A stretch of DNA of 64,000 bases, taken from sequence record DRR723986_16857; one strand, written 5' to 3'. The notes beneath the pieces were generated by a model, which was not told where the DNA came from, ran no database searches, and worked only from the letters and a program-made list of their open reading frames with translations. Each line of letters starts with the position of its first letter. Within the stretch, counting starts at the first letter, position 1. Below are positions 31,688 to 40,391 of the stretch, in pieces. The position numbers were made by a program, and so were the translations under genes.

Positions 31688-33139
31688 ATGAATTTGATTC
31701 TGAGAAAGTTGTTTTTGCTTGGCGTGCCCTTGATCGCCTGCCTGGTAAATTCAGTGGCTTTGACCCACGCGGCCGAGCCGCCAAACATCATCTACCTGAT
31801 GCTGGACGAATGGGGCTATTTCGAATCCGGACACATGGGGAATCCGGATTTAGTGACGCCAAACATCGATCGCTTTGCCAGGGAAGGAATGCGTTTTACG
31901 AATGCATACGCCGGTGCTCCTGTCTGTGGTCCCACTCGGTGCGTTCTGCTGACGGGGTTGCATAGTGGGCACACTTCGATGCGTGTCAACGACGGGTTTT
32001 CGCCCATCCGCGCCGACGAACCCACACTGGCCAGCATGCTGAAACAGCAAGGCTACGTCACTGGTGGGTTTGGGAAATGGGGCATCGGAGGCCGCGGGAC
32101 ATCGGGCGTCCCCGAAGAGCACGGTTTCGATGAATTCTTTGGCTACTATGATCAAGTTCACGCGCACACGTTTTATCCGCAGTACTTGATCCGCAACAGC
32201 GTTGAGGTTCAGCTGGAGGGAAATCCAGGCGACACCTTCTACGAAGGCAAGACTCACGCACAGAAGAGGATCTTCGAAGAATCCCAGCGTTTCATTCGTG
32301 CGAATCAGGATGAGCGATTTTTTTGCTATCTGCCGTGGACTCCTCCCCACGGATTGTGGGGAATAGATGAAGACGATCCTTCGTGGCAATTGTTCAAGGA
32401 CAAGCCCTGGAAGGCTGGGCAAAGAACAGATCGTGACGCTCGAGTCTACGCAGCATTCATGCACATGGTTGATCGTCAGTTGGGCGAAACGATCGCACTT
32501 CTAAAAGAACTCGAAATCGACGACGAGACGATCATCTTTCTGTGCGGTGACAACGGAGGGCAAGCCTACTTCGCCACGGAAGAGCGGCCGCATGGATTTT
32601 TTGGCCCCAATCTGAATCCGACAACTGGGCAGCGTTTCCGAGCCGGCAAAGGCTCGCTCTACGAAGGTGGATTGCGGGTTCCATTCCTGGTGCGGTATCC
32701 CGGGCAAATTGCACCCGGTAGCGTCTCGGATCATACGCTTTGTTTTCAAGACGTGATGCCCACGCTCGCCAGTTTGTCTGGTACCGATAGCCCGAAGACT
32801 GATGGGATTTCGTTCTTGCCGACTCTCCTTGGCCAAGACGTTCAGCTCAAACATCCACATCTCTATTGGGAATACTCTGGACAAACGGCAGTTCGGCGTG
32901 GCGACTGGAAAGCGTACCGCAGTAAGCGTGGGGCCTGGGAGCTTTATAATCTGAGTCTGGATTTGGAGGAGAAACAGAATGTCGCATCTGAGCACTCCGC
33001 CCTCTTGATGGAGCTGGTCGTGATTGCGGACGAGTGTCACCAGCCGGTCGAACGCGGCGAAGTATACGATCGGACGCTTATCAACAAAGACCGTCAGCAG
33101 GCGCCGCATCAACGCAAGTCGTCCGGTAAAAACAAATAG
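31688..33139 (+). CDS. Sulfatase (S1)
   Basis: Signal peptide; PNII, CGPTR, GKWG, DNG, KGSLYEGG. Confidence 0.93.
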   Translation: MNLILRKLFLLGVPLIACLVNSVALTHAAEPPNIIYLMLDEWGYFESGHMGNPDLVTPNIDRFAREGMRFTNAYAGAPVCGPTRCVLLTGLHSGHTSMRVNDGFSPIRADEPTLASMLKQQGYVTGGFGKWGIGGRGTSGVPEEHGFDEFFGYYDQVHAHTFYPQYLIRNSVEVQLEGNPGDTFYEGKTHAQKRIFEESQRFIRANQDERFFCYLPWTPPHGLWGIDEDDPSWQLFKDKPWKAGQRTDRDARVYAAFMHMVDRQLGETIALLKELEIDDETIIFLCGDNGGQAYFATEERPHGFFGPNLNPTTGQRFRAGKGSLYEGGLRVPFLVRYPGQIAPGSVSDHTLCFQDVMPTLASLSGTDSPKTDGISFLPTLLGQDVQLKHPHLYWEYSGQTAVRRGDWKAYRSKRGAWELYNLSLDLEEKQNVASEHSALLMELVVIADECHQPVERGEVYDRTLINKDRQQAPHQRKSSGKNK

Positions 33140-33211
33140 GCTGTCACGAATTCATCTGGCCCAGTTGCCGATCGATGCAGAACGCCAACGCCATCTTCAA
33201 GGACAGTATCT

Positions 33212-34624
33212 ATGAGACACGGACCGATTTCGGCAATGAGTGCTTCCGTTCTTTTTATTTTGATTGCGGCCCTCGGGCAAGCTGGTGAGAATCGGCCCAA
33301 TATCGTTTTGATCATGGCAGACGATCTTGGATGGAAAGACCTGCATTGCTACGGTAACGATCGGCTCGACACACCGAACATTGATCGGCTGGCCGAGCAA
33401 GGCATGCTATTTACCGACGCCTACTCAGCAGCACCGGTGTGTACTCCAACGCGGGCTGCACTGATGACTGGCGAGTCACCAGCGCGGTTGAACATTACAA
33501 ACCACGCAGGAGGTCATCCAGAGAATTTTCGCAAGCCTGGAACAAGTTTGATCACGCCTACATGGCTTCGGCACCTTCCCCTTGAACGTGTCACGATTGC
33601 CGAGCAGCTCCGATCGGCGGGCTATGCAACCGCTTTTGTAGGCAAATGGCATTTGTCGCATCGCCAGCGATCCGCGAAAGCAAAAGATCGTGTTGTTGAA
33701 CCGGAACTCAGGCCCGAGCATCAGGGGTTCGACATCAATGTTGGCGGCTGTCAGTTTGGAGGTCCGCCAAGCTACTTCAGCCCGTACAAGCTGCCGAATC
33801 TACAGGGCAAGATGGATGGTGAGTATTTGCCGCAGCGGTGCGCCGACGAGTGCATCAAGTTTATCCGGTCGACTCGCAGCCAGAGTCAGCAGCCGTTTTT
33901 TTTGTGTTGGTGGAACTACTCGGTGCATTATCCATTCCAAGCACCGGAAAACTTAATCAACAAGTACAAGCAGCGAAAAGGCCCCGGTGTAGAGAATCCA
34001 ACTTATGCAGCCATGATCGAGGGGATGGACGCGGCCATTGGGAAGTTGCTTGATGCGATTGCCGACCAAGGGCTAGAGCAAGAGACGCTGGTCATCTTCA
34101 CATCTGACAATGGGCCGTTCGCCGCCAACGTTCAGCCACTGCGCGGCGAGAAAGGCTACTTGTACGAAGGCGGTATTCGGGTGCCGATGATTGTTCGATG
34201 GCCCGGACGCGTTGAGCCAGCCTCACGAACGCACTCGCCTGCCGTTACGATGGATATTCATGCCACGATCTTGGAAGCCACTGATGTGCAGGCTGATCCG
34301 TCCAATACTCCCGACGGCGTTTCGCTGTTGCCGTTGCTTGAGGGCAAGCCGGAGTTCGAGCGAGAGGCGATCTACTTTCACTACCCGAACTACGCCTTCC
34401 ACAAGAAGAATCGAATGAGCAGCGCCGTCCGATTGGGGGACTACAAATTGCTCAAATTCTATGATGACGATTCGCTTGAGCTGTACAATCTCCGAGATGA
34501 TATCGGCGAGTCGAAGAATCTTGCTGATTCGATGCCAGCCAAGGCTAAGCAGCTCAACGATCGCTTGAACGCATGGCTGATTGCGACCGGAGCCAGTATT
34601 CCAAGACGCGAACAATCTGAGTAG
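33212..34624 (+). CDS. Sulfatase (S1)
   Basis: Signal peptide; PNIVLIMADD, CTPTR, GKWH, SDNG, KGYLYEGG. Confidence 0.95.
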   Translation: MRHGPISAMSASVLFILIAALGQAGENRPNIVLIMADDLGWKDLHCYGNDRLDTPNIDRLAEQGMLFTDAYSAAPVCTPTRAALMTGESPARLNITNHAGGHPENFRKPGTSLITPTWLRHLPLERVTIAEQLRSAGYATAFVGKWHLSHRQRSAKAKDRVVEPELRPEHQGFDINVGGCQFGGPPSYFSPYKLPNLQGKMDGEYLPQRCADECIKFIRSTRSQSQQPFFLCWWNYSVHYPFQAPENLINKYKQRKGPGVENPTYAAMIEGMDAAIGKLLDAIADQGLEQETLVIFTSDNGPFAANVQPLRGEKGYLYEGGIRVPMIVRWPGRVEPASRTHSPAVTMDIHATILEATDVQADPSNTPDGVSLLPLLEGKPEFEREAIYFHYPNYAFHKKNRMSSAVRLGDYKLLKFYDDDSLELYNLRDDIGESKNLADSMPAKAKQLNDRLNAWLIATGASIPRREQSE

Positions 34625-34711
34625 GGTCGCGGCTGCGGGGCTACTCGGCGGAATCGATTCTCAGCTCAAATGCCGTTCACCAGTTCGCGATCAAAGTTTT
34701 GCGAGATTTCT

Positions 34712-34738
34712 TGTCACGCAGCCCGCTGAGACTACGTC
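34712..34738 (+). promoter_or_regulatory. Candidate ECF-sigma promoter TGTCAC-N17-CGTC
   Basis: Lies 50 bp upstream of the ECF sigma gene; resembles the TGTCACA-N16-CGTC ECF promoter type. Confidence 0.5.
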
Positions 34739-34788
34739 TGCTTACTAACGGCAGCAGATTTCCAAGCGACGAGTAAGGCGAACAAGCG

Positions 34789-36306
34789 ATGGGTGGGAAC
34801 AGCGACGAAATCGCGGATTTAGTAGCCAGTGCGCGAGCGGGAGACCAAGGGGCGTTCGGGCAAATTGTTGACCGCTGCGCAGGCCAAGTCACTGCCGTTG
34901 CATATAGCGTTCTCGGTGATTTTGGACGCAGCGAAGATGCTGGGCAAGAAGCTTTTCTGGAAGCTTGGGGCAAACTGGAACAGCTAAAGGACAACACTAA
35001 GTTTCTCCCATGGGTATGCACCATCGCCCGCCGCCGAGCTATCGATATGACTAGAAAACGCATTGAAGCACCTGTTGAAGATGTGGGTGACTCGACTGCG
35101 GATGCAATCTGGGACGCTTCTCAAACGGCCGAAGAAGAGCTGGCGACTTGGCGGGAGAGAGAGCTGATGTGGAACATGGTGGAATCTTTGCCGCCGAAGT
35201 ATCGCGAGGCAATGGTGCTGTACTACCGATCTGAGAAGTCGGTCGATGACGTTGCCGTCGCGCTCGACGCCTCTGAAGCAACCATTCGTCAACGGCTTAA
35301 GCGTGGGCGTGATCTATTGCGGGATGAAGCGATCAATCGCCTTGCGCAGCAGCTCAAAGCCTCCGCGCCGACGGCTGCATTTACTGCCACAATTCTTGCT
35401 GGAATTGGAAAGGGAGCGACAGCGGCTGCTGCAAGTGGCTCGACAGCAGTGGCAGGCGGCGTCGCTTTAAAGGCTGGACTGAGCACAGCGGCAGGATCGG
35501 CAAAAACTGGTATAGCGGCTGCCGGTGCGGCAAGCATTGGGGCGCTTACCGGACCTGCGATTGGTCTGGCCGGTGGCGGTCTGGGGGCATGGGCGAGTTG
35601 GAAGAACGCCAGCTACCAATCACAGAGGCAGTTCGTCGTTCGGCAGACAATCATCTACTTTTTGGCCCTGCTCGCCTTTGGTGCCGTTTCCGCCATCCTC
35701 TACTTCGGCGTTCAAACGGATGATGGTGGTTGGATTCCTAAGCAGACAACGTCGGTGTTGTGGGTTGTTTTGCTGGTGCTGTTCCAGGTGTGGAACGTAG
35801 TTTGGATGGTTCGCGTGATCCGTCGCGATCGAGATATCGTAAGAGAGGCAGCAAGGACAAACGAACCCCTGTTGCCAGGTGCAAAAGCCATTGCAGGCGT
35901 CATGAAGGAAGACTCCGGTCCGCTTGGTTCACCAAGAGAGTGCACGGCTTCCGGTTGGTTTGGTGGCATCGTTGGCGGTAGCCTTTGGATGTTGATTGCG
36001 GCAACGATACTCTACGTACAACGGTCCCCAATGGCGGCTTGTATCGTCTTGCTTTCATTTTGCGTTTGCAATGCAATGGGTGCGTTACTCTGGCGACGTC
36101 GCAGTTCTTTCTCCTCCCACGCCGGGCTCAGAGCCCAGTGCTGGATCCTAGGGGCAACGACGACGTTGGTGTTCTTCGGTATACAATTCATTGCATCGCC
36201 CGCTGCCAAAGCCATGCTTCAGTGGTCTCCTGGTGTTTGGGCCATTCTGCTCATCTTTCCGCTTCTCTATTTCCGTTCCGATTCAAGCAAGCCGCATCAC
36301 AGTTGA
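34789..36306 (+). CDS. ECF sigma factor with Gly/Ala linker and multi-TM C-terminal extension
   Basis: sigma2 (SEDAGQEAFLEAW, WVCTIARR) and sigma4 (LPPKYRE, TIRQRLKRGR), followed by about 6-7 hydrophobic segments. Confidence 0.88.
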   Translation: MGGNSDEIADLVASARAGDQGAFGQIVDRCAGQVTAVAYSVLGDFGRSEDAGQEAFLEAWGKLEQLKDNTKFLPWVCTIARRRAIDMTRKRIEAPVEDVGDSTADAIWDASQTAEEELATWRERELMWNMVESLPPKYREAMVLYYRSEKSVDDVAVALDASEATIRQRLKRGRDLLRDEAINRLAQQLKASAPTAAFTATILAGIGKGATAAAASGSTAVAGGVALKAGLSTAAGSAKTGIAAAGAASIGALTGPAIGLAGGGLGAWASWKNASYQSQRQFVVRQTIIYFLALLAFGAVSAILYFGVQTDDGGWIPKQTTSVLWVVLLVLFQVWNVVWMVRVIRRDRDIVREAARTNEPLLPGAKAIAGVMKEDSGPLGSPRECTASGWFGGIVGGSLWMLIAATILYVQRSPMAACIVLLSFCVCNAMGALLWRRRSSFSSHAGLRAQCWILGATTTLVFFGIQFIASPAAKAMLQWSPGVWAILLIFPLLYFRSDSSKPHHS

Positions 36307-36343
36307 GTGATGCGGCTGGTTGTTCAGCAGACTTCGCTCAAGC

Positions 36344-36952
36344 TTACCTCGCGGAGACGGAGATAAACAGAAAAGTCGATTCCCCGGCTGTGGTTCCACC
36401 AACGATGGTGGTTTCGTCTAGCTCCAGCATTTGAGTAGTAGTGATGGATGTGGTTGTCATCTCTGGTGGAGATTCTTCTGTGTTTTCGCCAATGTTCCGC
36501 GAGGCTTCGAATGCGAAATTGATACTGACTCTGTCTTCAGCGATGGGCCGGACTTTGGCCCTTAGGATGGTCCCAACCTCTCTGTCCTGCGTAATTCGCT
36601 GGGTCACGCCCCGAACAGTTGAACGCCCCGTGGTAACGTTGATCATGCGGCCAAATTGCACCATGCTCTCCTGGTCCGCTAGGGCCGAAAGCAGAAGGGT
36701 TTCCACGGGCTTGATATTCTCTTCCTTAATTTTATCAGCGATCCCCGCCTCCGATACCTTCGCTGGGTCAATGTCTTCCAAGTGATATTCCGCCAACGTG
36801 ATAACGTATCGCTTCAGCGGTTCCGCCTCAGCCGTGCCTTGGCCATTCGTGTCGTGTTCAGTCTGTTGTGCTAAAGCCGGAAAGTGACTTGCGGCAAAGA
36901 GACACAGGAGACAGAACGCAAGTAAGAAATATCGTCCAGATCGAGAATGCAT
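36344..36952 (-). CDS. Small secreted protein resembling a minimal secretin C-domain
   Basis: Signal peptide; REVGTILRAKVRP...VSINF...TTSITTTQML..DETTIVGG...LFISVSA pattern. Confidence 0.55.
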   Translation of the reverse strand: MHSRSGRYFLLAFCLLCLFAASHFPALAQQTEHDTNGQGTAEAEPLKRYVITLAEYHLEDIDPAKVSEAGIADKIKEENIKPVETLLLSALADQESMVQFGRMINVTTGRSTVRGVTQRITQDREVGTILRAKVRPIAEDRVSINFAFEASRNIGENTEESPPEMTTTSITTTQMLELDETTIVGGTTAGESTFLFISVSAR

Positions 36953-37205
36953 AGGGTCGTACCTTAAAGAGAGGTTAGTCTGAAATGCAAAAGCCACAAT
37001 TCAGCTTCCGCATATCGCCTTGTAGTATCCTACCCGATCTCATAAGACTATTCATCGATAAGCAAGACTCGTTGAGGATTTCTCCGAACGGCACGGTGCA
37101 GCGTACCTGCCACTCTGGTTCGCGGGCAAGTTTCCTTGTTAGTCGTGCAGATGAACGAAATTAGTGGCACCTCGCTGGAGGATCGTTGATCCTAAGCTTG
37201 ACAGA

Positions 37206-37266
37206 GTAGCCCGGCCTCCCCGAGCCGTGGTTCGGTTAGGGGCGGCTGGGACAGCCAGGCAGCTAT
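37206..37266. repeat. Degenerate GTAG-type REP-like palindrome
   Basis: GTAGCCCGGCCTCCCCGAGCCG ... CGGCTGGGACAGCCAGGCAGCTAT imperfect inverted pair. Confidence 0.45.
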
Positions 37267-37487
37267 CTAGAGCAGACTCACACTTGGACTTGCACTGCAC
37301 CTCCTCGATTCGCTGCTTGCATTCGTTGTCTTAGATGCACTACAATGATTCCAACGGGGACTTCAAAAACGTGGGAACCATACGTTGCAACGAAGTCCCC
37401 GAGCAAATTAACTTTACGAAACGATCCAACACGGCAAATCGCTGAACGCGGCGGTCACATGGCTCCCTAGAATCGAACGCCGATTCC

Positions 37488-37976
37488 ATGATTCTCGTTT
37501 GCATTACCATTCTGCTCATCGCTTCAATCGCGGTTAATCATCTTCTGCATGGATTTGGTTGCTGGGGGCTCCAACCCGGTGGATCCACGTCCGCAATGAT
37601 CTACGATTTGCAGATTCTCACCGCTGTGATTGGCGTGCTCTGGTTGCTGAACGCCCTGGCACGACGAACGGTTCCATGCAATGTATTTCGACTGAGTATT
37701 ATAGCATTATTCGTATTTGCCTCGGTGTTGACCTTCATGCTCTTCGGGTGGGCCGCACACACGTCGAGTCATCATCAGGGCGCCGAAAACTTGGTGGCGT
37801 TTTTGACTGTCGCCGCCACAACATATCTCGTCGGTCGATACGGATGCCTTCGACCCAAGAGTATTTCCGCAACAAGCCACAAGTCGTTCAATGCGCCCGG
37901 AACCGAAGGGCAAGCGACGGTCAAGAAAAGTGACAATCCATACGAGCCACCTCAAACTATCGCTTCATCCTCCTAA
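37488..37976 (+). CDS. Four-TM hypothetical membrane protein with C-terminal DNPYEPP motif (cassette-like)
   Basis: Four hydrophobic segments; lies between attC-like sites. Confidence 0.7.
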   Translation: MILVCITILLIASIAVNHLLHGFGCWGLQPGGSTSAMIYDLQILTAVIGVLWLLNALARRTVPCNVFRLSIIALFVFASVLTFMLFGWAAHTSSHHQGAENLVAFLTVAATTYLVGRYGCLRPKSISATSHKSFNAPGTEGQATVKKSDNPYEPPQTIASSS

Positions 37977-38114
37977 GCGCGGCACGCTTGCACTTTACCA
38001 ATCGCCATATAGTAATGCCGTGCACGCGGAGTCGCCGATTGCACGGTTTGCCAATGGAGAGCGTTTCTCCGGCGGCTGGGGTTGATGTAAACGTTCTTTG
38101 CATTTGGAGACTTG

Positions 38115-38692
38115 ATGAGCAACATTGAGACCGCAATCGAGACAATCAGGTCTATTGGGGACGAGTACTGCGAGAATCAAGCGTACATCTTTCCCGACTA
38201 CGACCCGATAGAATGTGACGCGACGGCACTCTGTCAACGTTTGGGATTCCGAACACCGATGACATCATCATTCGCTATCCCGCGAACAGGACTTTCGCGG
38301 CGATTGAAGCTGATCTCATCGCGCAGCAGGAAGCAGAAATAGGAATCACTTTACCTGAGGACTACAAAACGCTTCTTGAAACGCTGGGCGAAGTGCACTT
38401 GCCGGGACACGCCAATGTGTGCATTGATGCGCCGGCAAGCGCCGTCAGAACAACACGCGGCTGTTGGATCGCGGAACCGGCTCCGCTCACCATGCTGGCG
38501 ATATCAACATACAATGAAACGTCGGACGGTGATGCAATCGGATTTCTGCTCGACGGCACACGTTTTGGTGACCCGGTCTTCAAATTTGATCACGGATTGA
38601 TTTATGGCGAAGGTGGCCCCGAGGAGTGCGCGACGCAGATCGCCGACTCCCTTGATGAGTTTATCACGCGATACCTTGCCAGGAAGAACTAG
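38115..38692 (+). pseudogene. SMI1/KNR4 (SUKH)-like protein split by a -1 frameshift
   Basis: Frame 1 reads MSNIETAIET...LCQRLG; the -1 frame from about 38246 reads IPNTDD...QEAEIGITLPEDYKTLL...IADSLDEFITRY (SMI1-like LPxDY and ADSLxEF motifs). Confidence 0.7.
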
Positions 38693-38766
38693 CAAAGAAC
38701 GCATTGGTGCGCCGGATTTTGCCTGCGTTAGCGCCCCGAGTTTACAAACGGTTGCGAGGGAGATCG

Positions 38767-38838
38767 AAACGCAGAGACGCGGAGGCCGCTGAGATCTGGC
38801 GGGGAGGAACTCACTGCGCCCCCTGCGTCTCTGCGTTT
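38767..38838. repeat. REP-like palindrome AAACGCAGAGACGC ... GCGTCTCTGCGTTT
   Basis: 14-bp perfect inverted repeat (38767-38780 / 38825-38838). Confidence 0.8.
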
Positions 38839-39218
38839 TAACTCTATGATCCGATGGCGTTAGTGAGCGTTAGTGGGGTCTGCGGAACGTGATCCTGATT
38901 CCGTCGCTACCGTATTCGCTGCTCTTTCGAATACCCGTCTGGCCCTTCACCATTTCTTTGCTCCCGTCCCCGCTCTGATCGCTTGCTACTAGTTCCGAGT
39001 CTGCTTGCAGTTCCGGCGTCCGTGCCATGGTTAGCCGTCTCAAGCTACACTGGATGGGCCCCGTTCCATCCGCCACTGGTTGTCGTAAACGTGGAGGCTG
39101 GTGGAGGGCCGTGCACGCGTGTCTTGAGTCAATACTCATTTCGGTGCCTCGGTGATCCGGGACGTTTGCCGATCAGCAACGTTGGCGTTAATCAGCAACA
39201 CTACTCATAAGGCAACAC

Positions 39219-39470
39219 ATGACTGCGAAGACTTGTGAATACTGTGGCTCCTCGAGAACCGCAGAGGGAGTTGTGGATGACGCCACCTTCACCGTAAAGA
39301 TTCCGATGTCGAGGTCCGTGCTTTCAAACTCTACAACGATGAACGGGATCGCCTGTCTGGATTGTGGGCGAGTTTCCTTCTTTGTGAATCCTGAAAAGGT
39401 GCGATCAATTCTCGGCGACAGCGCCACAACTGAAAATCAGAATCCGGATAGCACTACCAGTGGCAACTGA
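39219..39470 (+). CDS. Small zinc-ribbon-like protein (cassette-like)
   Basis: CEYC ... CLDC, followed by GRVSFF; AAGG RBS upstream. Confidence 0.7.
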   Translation: MTAKTCEYCGSSRTAEGVVDDATFTVKIPMSRSVLSNSTTMNGIACLDCGRVSFFVNPEKVRSILGDSATTENQNPDSTTSGN

Positions 39471-39756
39471 ACTTCGCCGCCCTTATTTATTCCCGGTGGA
39501 TTCGAGATCACTGCATTGGTTCCGTGATGGCTCGTTCGACGGACTTGTTGCAAGCAAAATCTCTGCTACTAGTATCCGCGCGCTGCGTCTAATTTGATGA
39601 CGAACATACGTGTATACAATACCATGGTTCTGAGGTTATGTGACGCCCCGAAAACGGTATAACAAGAATTGCACCCGAGTTGCGTCGCGAGGCGTTATGG
39701 CGATGGACAATCTCTCTTCGCGATCGGGTTATTTGGGACATTCGTCGATCGTGAAT

Positions 39757-40257
39757 ATGAGCCCTCTGTCTTTTCGAGTCAAAACCCTCTTGGTTTGCGT
39801 TACGGCTTGCGCTTTACTGCTAACGTTTGCACGTTACTTAGGGCCAGTGGATGGTGGAAGTCTCGCTGTGGCAGGTGGCGTCGAACCGTATCCTGCCTTC
39901 CTGAACTCGTTCGCTCGTCAATTAGAATCTTATGGTTACACGAGCTGCTCCCGTCCGTCTTGCATTCTGTGCGTAGATGGTGACTGGCAGTGGTACCAGC
40001 ATCAGAAAGATCCAACACTCACGATTGGAATTGATTTCGAGGACGAAGACTGTCTTGTCGAAGTGTTGTATGAAAATCCATGGTGGTTACCTATCGACTT
40101 TGGGGCGACCGAAGCGAACGCCCTAAAGCTTGCGCAAGAAATTGAGTTGCAACTACGTGAACTTCTTGCCGCGGGAGAATCGCCGAACGAAGAAATTCAC
40201 CGAAGTCCCCCTGCCCATTCTAGTTTTCGAATTGGTTCGTTCGCAGAGGCTCGGTAG
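39757..40257 (+). CDS. Hypothetical protein with N-terminal TM (SFRVKTLL motif); ORF reads through its downstream attC-like site
   Basis: ATG at 39757 follows the attC-like site; last about 25 codons lie within the 40182-40270 palindrome. Confidence 0.65.
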   Translation: MSPLSFRVKTLLVCVTACALLLTFARYLGPVDGGSLAVAGGVEPYPAFLNSFARQLESYGYTSCSRPSCILCVDGDWQWYQHQKDPTLTIGIDFEDEDCLVEVLYENPWWLPIDFGATEANALKLAQEIELQLRELLAAGESPNEEIHRSPPAHSSFRIGSFAEAR

Positions 40258-40391
40258 TTTCCACCTGCTCGCAGAATGAAATAGGTGCGTGCTTGCGATG
40301 TTTATCAATTCACAAACTCCTGAAGATGAGCCTAACGACAGCCCAATGTGTCAGGTAGGTATGGCAAAGCTGCGGCGAAAGGGAAAAGCCG

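Larger units (their letters stand above)
37084..40270 (+). mobile_element. Cluster of degenerate attC-like sites and cassette-like genes without an integrase (CALIN-like)
   Basis: AAC-N6-7-TGCA...(C/G)TGA-N7-8-GTT-like imperfect palindromes at about 37084-37191, 37372-37460, 38007-38099, 38694-38715 (5' half), 39084-39170, 39446-39540 (weak), 39657-39746 and 40182-40270. Confidence 0.7.

Noticed and set aside
38845-39210. ORFs 38870-39139 (-) and 38983-39210 (+) as intact genes
   Set aside because: No RBS or recognisable motif; the plus-strand ORF runs through an attC-like site and looks like a decayed cassette remnant.
39640-39756. N-terminal extension of the 39640-40257 ORF
   Set aside because: It is translated attC-like sequence; the ATG at 39757 after the site is the more plausible start.
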